From contig JAWLHB010000005.1 of assembly GCA_041690595.1 (NCBI GenBank), positions 62,001 through 126,000 on the forward strand: DNA of 64,000 nucleotides, given 5' to 3'. This document shows, piece by piece, positions 46,289 to 57,092 of this stretch (positions are counted from its first letter, which is position 1; every line of letters starts with the position of its first letter). Below the pieces are notes generated by a model that worked only from the letters and a program-made list of their open reading frames with translations, was not told the origin of the DNA and ran no database searches. The position numbers and the translations under genes are program-made. The stretch comes from Lentisphaeria bacterium (GTDB lineage: Bacteria; Verrucomicrobiota; Lentisphaeria; JABSQK01; JAWLHB01).

Positions 46289-49200
46289 TCAGGGGGTGAT
46301 GAGGCGATGGTGGAGACGGAGGTCGGCGATGCGGCCGATGAAGGGGGCGAAGTTGCTGGTGGCGCGTTCGGCGATGGCGAGACGATAGTCGCCGGGGAGG
46401 ATTGGACCGCGGTTGGGATGGAGGGCTTCGGCCTGAAGTTGGCCGTTGAGGTGTATGGCTCCCCCACCCTTCCCATCGTAGGTGAAGAGGAGATGCTGCC
46501 AGGTGTCGGGTTCGAGGCGGAGCGGGCTGGTGGTGTAGCGGGAGATGCCTTCTTCCTGGCCGAAGCCGAGGGTGACTTCGAGGCGATGGAGGCCGTCGCC
46601 GGCGGGGCTGAGCATGATGCGGTAGTCGCGCATGCCGTCGGGCTGGGCGGCGGCGACGGCCATCTTGTCGAGGAGATAGCCGCCACGACCGATGAAGTCG
46701 GACTTGAGGTTGAAGCGCATCTCGATGCTGAATGGGCCCTTGGGGGAGAGGTTGGGGTGCGAGGCGATCACGGCGCCATGAGCGCCTTCGCCGAGGGTGG
46801 TTTCGAGGTAGTTGCCGGTCGTCTCATCGGGGACGACGATGGTGTTGCCCTGGAGCTGGAGGCGGGGGGTGTAGTCGGCGGGTGGAAGGTCGGGGAGGAA
46901 GTTCCAGCTCTGGAGGACGTCGAGGGCATCGACGATGGTCTGGCGGACGGTGGGGTCGTCATCGGCGAGTGCCTGGAGGAGTCGTTGGCGGGGAAGTGCG
47001 TCCATGGTATGGAGTGCGGCGAGGGCGATGCCGCGGCTTTCGGGATCGAGGGTATCGAGGGCTTCGAGCAGGACTGGGGCGGCGGTCTGGCCGATGCGGC
47101 CGAGGGCCTGGACGGCGGTCTGGCGCACGGATGGGTCGTCACCGGCGAGGGCCTGGCGCAGGAGGGGGATGGCGGCGGCACCAGTGGGGATGGCCTGGAT
47201 GATTTCGGCGCGCTGGCGGGCGGGGGTTCGGGGGGCGGTCTGGTCGTCGGCAATGGGGGCGCTTGTCCAATCGGGCCATGGGAGGGCTGCCTGGCCAGCG
47301 TCGAGGGGCTCAGGGGAGATGCGATAGCGGATGGTGACGCTGGGCAGGGGCGCGGGGCGGCGGTTGCCGGGGAGGAGATCGACGAGGAGGTTGCGGGTGG
47401 AGGCGTGGCTCATGTAGGTGGTTTCGAAGGGGCGGTCGGCGAGGCGGACGCGCTGGGGCTGCTGGAAGGTGATGGAGAGGGCGCCGTTGAAGCGTTCGAC
47501 GCGGACGGCGGTGACGTCGTCCTGAAAGTCGGCGGTTGCATCGAGCCAGTTGTCGCCGGAGCGGAGCTGAATGCGGTGGGGGATATCGTCGAGGTTCTGG
47601 ACTTCGCCGAGGAAGAGGGGGATGACTTCGTAAAGCTCAGCAACCTGGTCGGCGCCGTCGGCGATGAGGCTGGATTCGATGAGGATGCCGCGTTCTTCGA
47701 AGAGGAGGCGGCGGCGGAACTCGACGAGGCCCTCGATGGAGTTGTTGTGGGCGGCGCGGCTGCTGTCGTAGCGGGCGCCGATGGGGCCGCGAATCTCGGC
47801 GCGGGCCCAGCCGTCGCCGCGGGTGATGTCGACTTCGGCAACGTTGCGGCTGAGTCGGGCGGAGGAGAAGGCGCCGCCGGTTGGGGTGACGCCGCTGAGG
47901 GCGTGTACGGGCCAGATGCGCCAGTCTTCCCAGCGGTTGTCGGTGTCGGCGCGACCGCCGCTTCGGCCGAGGATCATGGATCCGCCTTCGGGGGTCCAGA
48001 ATGAGCTGAGGGTGCCGCCGCTGAATCCGGTGAGGCGCTGCGGCTTGTACCAGGTGAGAGGGGCGGCATCGAAAGTGGCGCCGTAGTTCTGGAAGCGGAC
48101 GATGAGGAAGGTGTTGCGGTCACTTTCGGCGAGGTCGGTCCTGGCGGGATCGGGGAAGATCCGCATGTAGCGGGCATCGGGGCGGGCAACGGGCGGCAGG
48201 GTGAGCGGATCGTTGGTCTGGTGGAGGTGGACGAGGCGGTCGTAGAAGCCGGGGGTGTAGTAGTCGTGAGCCCAGTTGGCCATGGTGCTGCCCCAGTGGC
48301 GACGAACCCAGGGGGTGAGGCGCCGATCGGATGGGGTCAGGAGGGCGTTCATCTGGTCGATGCCCTGTTGCACCGCGGTGAGCATGGCGTCGGGACTGGG
48401 TGAGGCCCACGGTCCTTGCCGGCCGCGGCGGCCGCCGAACATGAGGTAGAGGGCTTCGTCGCGGATCATGGCGGCGGCGATGTCGCGCTGCACGTAGGAG
48501 TGCTGATCGTTGGGGTAGCCGGGGGAGGTGCGGAGGGAGAAGTTGGAGGGGCCGTAGACGTTTTCGCCGTCGGGCTCGGGGAGGGTCATGTGGGCCTTGA
48601 GGTCGCTCATGCGGCCGAGGGCTTCGCTGAGTTCGGGCCAGCGGGAGGCAGCGGTGGCCATGACGAGGTACTGAAGGGCGATGCCGCTGTAGGATGCCTC
48701 GATGCCTCCGGCGTCGCGAATGATGCCGGCGGGATGAACGATGCGGTCGAGGTTTCGGCGGACGTAGGCCCTGGCCTTGTCGACGATGGGGCCGTCGTCG
48801 ACGGCTTTGACGAGGTAGACGAGGGCGGCGCAGGCTTTCATGTCCATGTTGTCGTTGACGGCGGTGGGGCCCCATTCGGTGAGGCGGTCGACGAACTTGG
48901 CGAGTCCGGTTTCGAAGGCTTCCTGGACGGGTTTGGGGAGGTCTTTCCTGACGATATGGTAGACGTAGGCGAGCCAGATCATGTTGCCGCCGAGGAAGTC
49001 GGAGCGGCGTCCATTGGCGACCCAGTCGGTGCCGCTTTCGTGGAGGTGGTCTAGCATGATCATGTCGACGGCGACGGCGGTGAAGGCGCGATTGCGGAGG
49101 GCCTTGGACTGGTAGAAGGGGTTGCCGGGATAGTCCCAGTTGGACCACCAGGCATTGTCGGCGGGAAAAGCGCCGGGCTGGCGATCCCAGCCGACATCCA

Positions 49201-49564
49201 TGACGATGCCTTCATCGCTTTCGATGTTGGCGAGGAGGAAGTTGTCGGCGGCGATGGTGATACCGCGCATGCTGGGGAGGGAGGTGAAGCTCTTGTCGAA
49301 GCGATTGTACTCGGGTATGCCGAAGAGGAGCCAGAGGCGGTGCAGGTCGTTGTTGCCGGAGACCCAAGTGGGGTCGAAGGTGATTTTGTCGAGGGGGATT
49401 TCGAAGTCGGCTTCCTGGAGTTGGGCCAGGTGATCACGCAGGACGACTTGATAGGAATGATCCTGGGGGAGCATCTCAGCGGCCTGGGTGGGGTGGAAGG
49501 GGCCAGTCATCAGGAAGATGGCGATGGCGATGGCGGCGAATTTTGGGTGCGTCGAGGTGTTCAT
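46289..49564 (-). CDS. Large secreted protein with HEAT-like repeats and a C-terminal LamG-like domain
   Basis: Signal peptide; LRQALAGDDPSVRQTAVQALG repeats; WQHLLFTYDG...LNG...F.GRI.DLRL. Confidence 0.75.
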   Translation of the reverse strand: MNTSTHPKFAAIAIAIFLMTGPFHPTQAAEMLPQDHSYQVVLRDHLAQLQEADFEIPLDKITFDPTWVSGNNDLHRLWLLFGIPEYNRFDKSFTSLPSMRGITIAADNFLLANIESDEGIVMDVGWDRQPGAFPADNAWWSNWDYPGNPFYQSKALRNRAFTAVAVDMIMLDHLHESGTDWVANGRRSDFLGGNMIWLAYVYHIVRKDLPKPVQEAFETGLAKFVDRLTEWGPTAVNDNMDMKACAALVYLVKAVDDGPIVDKARAYVRRNLDRIVHPAGIIRDAGGIEASYSGIALQYLVMATAASRWPELSEALGRMSDLKAHMTLPEPDGENVYGPSNFSLRTSPGYPNDQHSYVQRDIAAAMIRDEALYLMFGGRRGRQGPWASPSPDAMLTAVQQGIDQMNALLTPSDRRLTPWVRRHWGSTMANWAHDYYTPGFYDRLVHLHQTNDPLTLPPVARPDARYMRIFPDPARTDLAESDRNTFLIVRFQNYGATFDAAPLTWYKPQRLTGFSGGTLSSFWTPEGGSMILGRSGGRADTDNRWEDWRIWPVHALSGVTPTGGAFSSARLSRNVAEVDITRGDGWARAEIRGPIGARYDSSRAAHNNSIEGLVEFRRRLLFEERGILIESSLIADGADQVAELYEVIPLFLGEVQNLDDIPHRIQLRSGDNWLDATADFQDDVTAVRVERFNGALSITFQQPQRVRLADRPFETTYMSHASTRNLLVDLLPGNRRPAPLPSVTIRYRISPEPLDAGQAALPWPDWTSAPIADDQTAPRTPARQRAEIIQAIPTGAAAIPLLRQALAGDDPSVRQTAVQALGRIGQTAAPVLLEALDTLDPESRGIALAALHTMDALPRQRLLQALADDDPTVRQTIVDALDVLQSWNFLPDLPPADYTPRLQLQGNTIVVPDETTGNYLETTLGEGAHGAVIASHPNLSPKGPFSIEMRFNLKSDFIGRGGYLLDKMAVAAAQPDGMRDYRIMLSPAGDGLHRLEVTLGFGQEEGISRYTTSPLRLEPDTWQHLLFTYDGKGGGAIHLNGQLQAEALHPNRGPILPGDYRLAIAERATSNFAPFIGRIADLRLHHRLITP

Positions 49565-49744
49565 GTTCGTCCTTCATGATGGTCCTTGCATGTCCGATAG
49601 AGGGTGGGGTCGATGGCCGCACCATACAGGTTCACTATAGTTGCCATGAGGGCGCTTGGCGAGCGGAGGAACGGCTTTCAAGATTCGGGTGGCGGTCGGC
49701 TTGACGGCGGGTGGCGGGCGGGTATCGTTGGGGGCGCGTCGGGA

Positions 49745-51598
49745 ATGGACGCCTCGGGAGCAATGACGATGGAAGAGATTAAAGACGATCCGCGGATGCA
49801 GCAGGCGACGCAGGGTCTGGTGCAGGTGGTCAGGAAGGCGGGGGCGCCGTCGGTCTGGTCGCTGGTGTGGCCGATGATGCGTCCGTGGCGCTGGTGGATG
49901 GTGCTGGCGCTGGGGCTGAACGTGCTGCACGGGCTGTCGATCACGTATCAGAATCTGGTGCCGAAGTGGTTGATCAGCGACGTGCTGATGCCGCCGGGCT
50001 ATACGGTGCGGGAGCGGATGGTTCGGGTGGCCGGGCTGGCGGTGATCTACCTGGCGGTGTCGAATGTGGGGCGGATGCTGGTGTGGCACACGGGTTACCG
50101 CCTGTTTACGGCGGTGCGGGAGCGGATGGTCTTCGCGCTGCGCAGCTTCTTCTTTCGGCACGTCAATCATTTGTGTCTGCGCTTTCATGGGCAGACGCCT
50201 TCGGGGGAGCTGTTCAACTATCTGTTCGGGTCGCCGCTGGCGACGGTGATGCAGTTCTACCAGCATTCGTCGATGGCGGTGGTGGGGGCGGTTTTCACGC
50301 TGGTGACGACGCTGTTGCTGATCGGTCTTTGGGACTGGGTGCTGACGGTGGTAATGCTGGTGACGGTGGTGGTGAGCGTGGCGGTGATGCGCAGCTCGAT
50401 GGCGGAGGTGCGGCGGCTGACGCGGGAATTCCAGGAGACGGAGAGCAAGGTGTCGGGGCGGGTGGCGGATGTGCTGCGGGGGTCGACGGCGGTGAAGCTG
50501 TACGCGATGGAGAGCCAGGTGGAGATGGCGTTCGAACAGGATGCGGCGCATCTGTGGCGGATGAGCTACAAGCGGGATGTGCGGACGCATGTGCAGTGGA
50601 TGAAGCAGGAGTCGGTGAACTATTTTGCGTACGCGACACTGATTGTGGTGGCGACGTGGCGCTATGTGAACGGTCATGTGGACGAGGGGATGGTGGCGGC
50701 GTACCTGACGGCGTTCGGGGGGCTGACGGGGCCGTTGTCGCAGATTTTTGCCTCGGTGACGATGTGGGGCGGCGCGCAGGCGTCGATTCAACGGATCGGG
50801 GCGGTGCTGAAGACAGCGAGCACGACGCCTGACCCGGTGGGGCCGGTGGTGACGATGCCGAGGAGTGGCGATATTGTCTTTGACACGGTGACGTTCGGCT
50901 ATGAGGAGTCGCAGCCGCCGGTGCTGAAGGGGCTTTCGCTGACGATACCGTATGGGCAGAAGGTGGCTTTGGTGGGGCCATCGGGAGCGGGGAAGACGAC
51001 GCTGACGCAGCTGCTGCTGCGGCTGTATGATCCGTGGGAGGGGAGAATCACGATCGGCGGGGTGGATCTTCGACATGTGCCGGGGACGGAGTTGCGCCGG
51101 CGCTTCGGCATTGTGCCGCAGGATCCTTTCATCTTTCGTACGGATATCCGGGAGAATGTGCGGGTGGCGTGCGCGGAAGCGACGGATGAGCAGCTGATCG
51201 ATGCGTGCAGGCGGGCGAACGCGTGGGAGTTCATTCAGTCGTTGCCGGAGCAGTTGGGGGAGCGGGTTGGCGAGGGTGGCTCATCGTTGAGTGGGGGTCA
51301 GCGGCAGCGGCTGGCGATCGCCCGGGCGCTGCTGGCACAGCCTGGCTTTTTCATCTTCGACGAAGCGACAAGCGCGCTGGATACGCTGAGCGAGCAGTTG
51401 ATCCAGCAGACTCTCGAGCGGGAGTTGCAGGGGCAGACGGTCTTTTTCATCGCGCACCGGCTGTCGACGGTGAAGCATTGCGATCGCATTCTGGTGATGC
51501 GGGAGGGGCGGGTGGAACAGGATGGGAGCTATGCGCAACTGGTGAGCGAGACGGGTCTCTTTGCGGAGCTGGTGCACGGTCAGCAGCTGGCGCAGTAG
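49745..51598 (+). CDS. ABC exporter, fused permease/ATPase (start uncertain)
   Basis: GPSGAGKTT, LSGGQRQR, FDEATSALD, AHRLS. Confidence 0.9.
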   Translation: MDASGAMTMEEIKDDPRMQQATQGLVQVVRKAGAPSVWSLVWPMMRPWRWWMVLALGLNVLHGLSITYQNLVPKWLISDVLMPPGYTVRERMVRVAGLAVIYLAVSNVGRMLVWHTGYRLFTAVRERMVFALRSFFFRHVNHLCLRFHGQTPSGELFNYLFGSPLATVMQFYQHSSMAVVGAVFTLVTTLLLIGLWDWVLTVVMLVTVVVSVAVMRSSMAEVRRLTREFQETESKVSGRVADVLRGSTAVKLYAMESQVEMAFEQDAAHLWRMSYKRDVRTHVQWMKQESVNYFAYATLIVVATWRYVNGHVDEGMVAAYLTAFGGLTGPLSQIFASVTMWGGAQASIQRIGAVLKTASTTPDPVGPVVTMPRSGDIVFDTVTFGYEESQPPVLKGLSLTIPYGQKVALVGPSGAGKTTLTQLLLRLYDPWEGRITIGGVDLRHVPGTELRRRFGIVPQDPFIFRTDIRENVRVACAEATDEQLIDACRRANAWEFIQSLPEQLGERVGEGGSSLSGGQRQRLAIARALLAQPGFFIFDEATSALDTLSEQLIQQTLERELQGQTVFFIAHRLSTVKHCDRILVMREGRVEQDGSYAQLVSETGLFAELVHGQQLAQ

Positions 51599-51789
51599 GG
51601 GAGACGCGGGGACGCGGGGACGGCAGGCAGGCCGCTGGGGCAGCGGCCTGAACGGAACCCATGGTGGAGGCGACGGCGGGGAGAATTTGGCGCGTTGACT
51701 TGACTTTTGAGTTATATATGATACCTTATGGATTGGATACCGGTTCTTTCGGTAAGGTTTTTGACCGAGGTTTTCTGGGGAGCAAGATG

Positions 51790-53410
51790 CACACGGACAG
51801 ACACGGGCGAACACGGACAGAGACACTACGGGAGACATGCTCGAACCGAGGTTTTGGACCGAGGTTTTGGACCGAGGTTTTGGACCGAGGTTTTGGACCG
51901 AGGTTTTGGACCGAGGTTTTGGACCGAGGTTTTGGACCGAGGTTTTGGACCGAGGTNNNNNNNNNNNNNNNNNNNNNNNNNNNNNNNNNNNNNNNNNNNN
52001 NNNNNNNNNNNNNNNNNNNNNNNNNNNNNNNNNNNNNNNNNNNNNNNNNNNNNNNNTTTGGCGGGGGTTTTGGCGGGGAGGGACAACCGGTCGCCGCTCA
52101 AGAGCGGCTTCGTCGCGGTTCGGAGAAATTGAGCGTACGCGGGGAGGGGGCAATGGCCGTTGGGNNNNNNNNNNNNNNNNNNNNNNNNNNNNNNNNNNNN
52201 NNNNNNNNNNNNNNNNNNNNNNNNNNNNNNNNNNNNNNNNNNNNNNNNNNNNNNNNNNNNNNNNGGGGAGGGGCAGCGTCCAACGCCGGAGCCACTCAGG
52301 CGAGTGGCGTGCCCAGGGTGCGCGGGGACGGGGTTGAGCGTTGGGGAGGGGCAGCGTCCAACGCCGGAGCCACTCAGGCGAGTGGCGTGCCCAGGGTGCG
52401 CGGGGACGGGCAACGGCCGGAAGGGGACTCCCACATTGCCGGGCTTGTCAAGGCGAAGCGCATGGAACACACCTCACGAAGGGAGTTGGCAAGGGAACCG
52501 AGGTTTGGACCGAGGTTTTCTGGCGGGGAAGGACAACCGGTCGCCGCTCAAGAGCGGCTTCATCGCGGTTCGGAGAACCCCTCCTACATTGCCGGGCTTG
52601 TCAAGGCGAAGCGCATGGAACATACCTCACGAAGGGAGTTGGCAAGGGAGATGAACACGGACAGACACGGACGAGCACGGACAAACACTACGGGAAGGCA
52701 TGCTCGGACCGAGGTTTTGGACCGAGGTTTTGGACCGAGGTTTTGGACCGAGGTTTTGGACCGAGGTTTTGGCGGGGAGGGACAACCGGTCGCCGCTCAA
52801 GAGCGGCTTCGTCGCGGTTCGGAGAAATTGAGCGTACGCGGGGAGGGGGCAATGGCCGTTGGGGCAATGGCGGGAACGGGACCAATGGGGTGGCAAGGGG
52901 ATATGAAGGGAGCCAAGCGTCGGGGAGGGGCAGCGTCCAACGCCGGAGCCACTCAGGCGAGTGGCGTGCCCAGGGTGCGCGGGGACGGGGTTGAGCGTTG
53001 GGGAGGGGCAGCGTCCAACGCCGGAGCCACTCAGGCGAGTGGCGTGCCCAGGGTGCGCGGGGACGGGGTTGAGCGTTGGGGAGGGGCAGCGTCCAACGCC
53101 GGAGCCACTCAGGCGAGTGGCGTGCCCAGGGTGCGCGGGGACGGGCAACGGCCGGAAGGGGACTCCCACATTGCCGGGCTTGTCAAGGCGAAGCGCATGG
53201 AACACACCTCACGAAGGGAGTTGGCAAGGGAACCGAGGTTTGGACCGAGGTTTTGGCGCGGAGGGACAACCGGTCGCCGCTCAAGAGCGGCTTCGTCGCG
53301 GTTCGGAGAACCTCTGCCACATTGCCGTGCGTTTCGAGGCGAAGCGCACGGGACATACCTCACCAAGGGAGTTGGCAAGGGAACCGAGGTTTCGACCGAG
53401 GTTTTGGGAG
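51790..53410. repeat. Composite intergenic repeat region (13-bp, 78-bp and longer modules) with two assembly gaps
   Basis: (ACCGAGGTTTTGG)n; 78-bp units at 52265, 52343, 52922, 53000, 53078; N runs at 51957-52056 and 52165-52264. Confidence 0.9.
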
Positions 53411-53518
53411 TGGCGGCAAGCTTGACAGGGGGGGCTGATTCGAGTACTATCGTTACGCTCCGTCACGGTCATGCGTTGCCGGGACGTGGACGTCAAACAT
53501 TCAAGGAGAAATACTGTC

Positions 53519-55999
53519 ATGCCCGGTTCGCAAGCTGATCGCTCCCCCACCCTATCCGGCTTTTCCTTCATAATCTTCGTGGTAACCATGCTCTCCTCTA
53601 TCTCCCTACCCGCCGCGACTTTCATCCGTAATGGCAAAGCGCTCGGAAAGATCTACATTCAGGGGCCAACGCCGCTGGAGATGCCGGTGCTGAAGCGGGG
53701 CGTAGCGCCGGATCTGGCGCTCCAGGCGCGGGTGCATGCGGTTCAGGAGCTGCAGTACCACCTGGAGAAGATGACAGGCGTCCGGCCGGAGGTAGTGGTC
53801 GTGGAGGATGGTGGCGCCATCGGGCAGCCGGCGATCGTGCTTGGGCAACTGGCGGTGGAGTTGGGGGCAGTGCCGACGCGTCTGGCGGAATCCGAGGAGG
53901 GATATCGTCTGCTCTTGCGGGATGGTCGCCTGCTGATCGGGGGGCAGAGCGATCAGGCGATGCTGCACGGGGTTTACCATGTGTTGCGTCTGTGGGGATG
54001 CGACTGGGTGATGCCGGGGGAAATCGGCGAGATCATTCCGCGGCGGGCGACGGTGGATCTTCCGGGTGTCGATGCAGCGGAAGCGCCGGCATTTCTCATG
54101 CGCCGGCTGTGGTATCGCGGGTATCCTCAGCCCCGCCTGGCTGAGGAGCGGGAACGCTACAGCACCTGGCAGCGGCGGCATCTGGGAGGCACTTGGAGTT
54201 CGCCGATGAATGGCGCGGCGGGGCATTTCTGGGACAAGTTGACGAAGAAGTATGCGGCGGAGTTTGCGGCCGATCCTACCATGCTGGCGCTGGTACGCAT
54301 GCCGGACGGGAGCATGCAGCGGCGTGGACCTCAGGTGGAGACGACGCATCCGCGGGTCATCGAGCTGATCGTTCAGGAGATTCGCGGGGCCTACGAGAAG
54401 AATATCGCCAATGGGAACTGGACGCGGGAGACGGTCGCGGCCTTTCCGATCGGTCCGGCTGATGGGCTCGGCTATTCGCAGAGCCAGGAGTCGCTGCAGG
54501 TGGGCGCGGGGCGGATCGATCCGATTGTGGGGGAGCCAGATCGTACGGACGAGCTGGTTCTTCTGGGCAACCGGGTGCTGGAGCAGGTGCTGCCAGAGTA
54601 TCCGAACGCTCATGTGGGATGCTACTCGTATTCGACGCACGCGGATTATCCGGCGCGGTATCGGCCGCACCCGCACTTCGTGCAGATCTTCGCGCCGATC
54701 AACTTTTCGCGCTTTCACGGGCTTACGGAATCAATCAGCCGTACGCAACGCTACTACCGCAATGTGGTGGAGCAGTGGGGCCGCCTCAGCCGTGAGCAGG
54801 GCAACCCGCTGATCTACCGGGGGTATAACTGGAATCTGGCCGACAACTACCTGCCCTACACCAAGGTGCGGATCTGGGGCGAGGAGCTGCCCTTCTACCA
54901 CCGCCAGGGGATTATCGGCCTGAATGTGGAGGCGACGAAGCAATGGGGGACACTCGCACCCTCGGATTACATCTTCATGCGCATGGCCTGGGATCCGACG
55001 CTGGAGTGGCGCCAACTGCTGACCACGTGGTGCCGCCATGCCTTTGGCGACGGGGCCGGCGCCCCGATGGAGAGGTTCTTCCTGCGCTTTGCCGACCGCC
55101 AGAGCCGGGCCGGCATGGAAGCTGGGTCGTATCACGCGTATCACCTGATGTATGGGCGGGCGTGGATCGCGGACAGTCAGCAGCTGTTGAAGGAGGCGAT
55201 GGCCGCCGCAACGACGGATGCCGACCGCACCCGTATCCGCTGGCTGGGCCAGGTGCAGTTGGATTCCCTCTCGCTCTATCTCGATTATCATGAGGCGACG
55301 CGGCGCTTCGACTTTGTGGCGGCGAAGCGGGCGTATGAGGCGATGCATGCCCAGTGGCAGGCGGTGTACGACGAGAATACGGACCTGGTGGCCAACGAGG
55401 CGCCGGCCTACTTCCGGCGCTTCCTCGAGAAGTTCGTCACGCAGTCGGTGATGTATTCCAGCGCGCCCTATCGGATGGTGTACGCGATTCCGGATGAGCT
55501 GCCGACGATCTTCGATCCGCATGCGGTCGGTCATCGGCTCGGGTTCCACCAGGCGGAGGTACCGGATCATACGACGATCCCCACGCGCACCTGGTCGTCG
55601 ACCTGGGATGCGCAGGGGCTGGCCACGATGCGGGACACCGCGACGTGGTACCGAGTCCGCTTCAAGCTTCCCGGCGATGTGGAGGGTCAGCCGATCGGCC
55701 TCTTCATCGGCGGCGTGGAGGACGAAGCGCGGGTATGGATCAACGGCAAGGCAATCGGCACGTCGGGGCGCGGTTTCAGCGTGCCCTTCGTGTTCGATCT
55801 GACCGACGGCATCGACTACAAGGGGACGAACCTGCTGGCGATCCAGGTCATGCGCAACTCGAAGGCCAATGAGATCGGGCTGGGCGGGATCATCCGTCCG
55901 AGCTTTGTTTTCACGGGTCCGCGCCTGGAGAGCCCGGCGCCGAAGGCGCTGGAGCTGCGTCGTGTGCTTCCCGGCGGCGAACTTGGGGAGCTGGAGTAA
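53519..55999 (+). CDS. DUF4838-like protein with C-terminal sugar-binding (GH2 N-terminal-like) domain; start uncertain
   Basis: ELQYHLEKMTG...EGY...GVY..L...GC.W; WYRVRF...GGVEDEARVWING...NLLAIQV. Confidence 0.75.
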   Translation: MPGSQADRSPTLSGFSFIIFVVTMLSSISLPAATFIRNGKALGKIYIQGPTPLEMPVLKRGVAPDLALQARVHAVQELQYHLEKMTGVRPEVVVVEDGGAIGQPAIVLGQLAVELGAVPTRLAESEEGYRLLLRDGRLLIGGQSDQAMLHGVYHVLRLWGCDWVMPGEIGEIIPRRATVDLPGVDAAEAPAFLMRRLWYRGYPQPRLAEERERYSTWQRRHLGGTWSSPMNGAAGHFWDKLTKKYAAEFAADPTMLALVRMPDGSMQRRGPQVETTHPRVIELIVQEIRGAYEKNIANGNWTRETVAAFPIGPADGLGYSQSQESLQVGAGRIDPIVGEPDRTDELVLLGNRVLEQVLPEYPNAHVGCYSYSTHADYPARYRPHPHFVQIFAPINFSRFHGLTESISRTQRYYRNVVEQWGRLSREQGNPLIYRGYNWNLADNYLPYTKVRIWGEELPFYHRQGIIGLNVEATKQWGTLAPSDYIFMRMAWDPTLEWRQLLTTWCRHAFGDGAGAPMERFFLRFADRQSRAGMEAGSYHAYHLMYGRAWIADSQQLLKEAMAAATTDADRTRIRWLGQVQLDSLSLYLDYHEATRRFDFVAAKRAYEAMHAQWQAVYDENTDLVANEAPAYFRRFLEKFVTQSVMYSSAPYRMVYAIPDELPTIFDPHAVGHRLGFHQAEVPDHTTIPTRTWSSTWDAQGLATMRDTATWYRVRFKLPGDVEGQPIGLFIGGVEDEARVWINGKAIGTSGRGFSVPFVFDLTDGIDYKGTNLLAIQVMRNSKANEIGLGGIIRPSFVFTGPRLESPAPKALELRRVLPGGELGELE

Positions 56000-56003
56000 G
56001 CGC

Positions 56004-57029
56004 ATGAAAGCAGAGAGTGATCTGATGCGCCATTTTCAGGCGCTGCAATCGACGCTGGTGCCGAAGCTGACGTGGCAGGCGGAAAGCCGCGAGGAGCATC
56101 AACGGTGGCGCCGGCGCTTTGGGGCGCGGCTTCGGCAGCTCGTAGGACGCGAGCCGGAGCGGGTTCCGCTTCGGGTGGCATGGGGGGAGAAGGTGGAGAC
56201 GGAGGGTTTCACGCGGCACAAGATCCATGTGCAGTCGGAGGCGCATTACTGGGTGCCGGCCTACTACTTCGTGCCCAGGAAGCGGGTGGCGCGGGTGCCG
56301 GCGATCGTCTGCCTGCATGGACACAGCGGGATTTTCCCCTATATCCGGGAGGGAGACGAGCATCAGCGGGAGAAGTGCCGGGAGCTGGCGCTGGATTTTG
56401 CCCCTTTCCTGGCGGAACAGGGGTACGTAACTATTGCGCCGATCCAGCGGGGCTGGAACGAGACGGCTGAGAGCGTGGACTCCCATGAAAGCGGCTGCCA
56501 GCGGATGGTGATGAACAGCTTTCTGGCGGGGATGACACCGATTGGGCTGCGATGCTGGGATGTGTCGCGGCTGGTGGACTTTCTGGAGGGTCGGGACGAG
56601 GTGGATGGTAAGCGGATCGGTGTGGCGGGGCTGTCCGGGGGCGGGATGGTAGCCTTGTTCTCGGCGGCGCTGGAGCAACGGCTGCGGTTCGCGATGGTGG
56701 GGGGATACTATTGCACCTTCCAGGAGTCGATCTACTCGATCTATCACTGCCTCTGCAACTGTGTGCCGGGGATGCTGGAATGGGGAGAGATGCGTGAGAT
56801 CGCGGCGCTGATCGCGCCCCGCCCGCTGCTGGTGATCAGCGGCGAGAAGGATCCCATCTTTCCGATTGCCGCGACTCGCCGGGCGTATGCGGAGCTGGAG
56901 AAGGTCTATGCCTGCCTCGGGGCCGCGGGAAATCTGGAGAAGGATTTCTTCGATGGCCCTCATGCCTGGAGCAACCGTAAGAGTGTCGGCTTCGTGAACA
57001 GCCACGCGCCGCTGGAGCAGCCGTTGTGA
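56004..57029 (+). CDS. Alpha/beta hydrolase (esterase-like)
   Basis: PAIVCLHGH; GLSGGG nucleophile elbow; IAPRPLL...D.IFP; GPH. Confidence 0.85.
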   Translation: MKAESDLMRHFQALQSTLVPKLTWQAESREEHQRWRRRFGARLRQLVGREPERVPLRVAWGEKVETEGFTRHKIHVQSEAHYWVPAYYFVPRKRVARVPAIVCLHGHSGIFPYIREGDEHQREKCRELALDFAPFLAEQGYVTIAPIQRGWNETAESVDSHESGCQRMVMNSFLAGMTPIGLRCWDVSRLVDFLEGRDEVDGKRIGVAGLSGGGMVALFSAALEQRLRFAMVGGYYCTFQESIYSIYHCLCNCVPGMLEWGEMREIAALIAPRPLLVISGEKDPIFPIAATRRAYAELEKVYACLGAAGNLEKDFFDGPHAWSNRKSVGFVNSHAPLEQPL

Positions 57030-57092
57030 GGGTGAGTGGAGGCGGCAAACAGGAAGACGCCGGGAAGGTGTACTTCCCGACATGGAGGTGAG

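Noticed and set aside
46247..48004. 585-aa plus-strand ORF, and likewise 58204-60534
   Set aside because: Antisense shadows of the secreted protein and the P-type ATPase
51790..53410. CRISPR array
   Set aside because: Repeats are tandem with no unique spacers, and there are no cas genes in the window
51661..53538. 625-aa ORF across the repeat region
   Set aside because: Translation of nucleotide repeats spanning N gaps; no protein-like features
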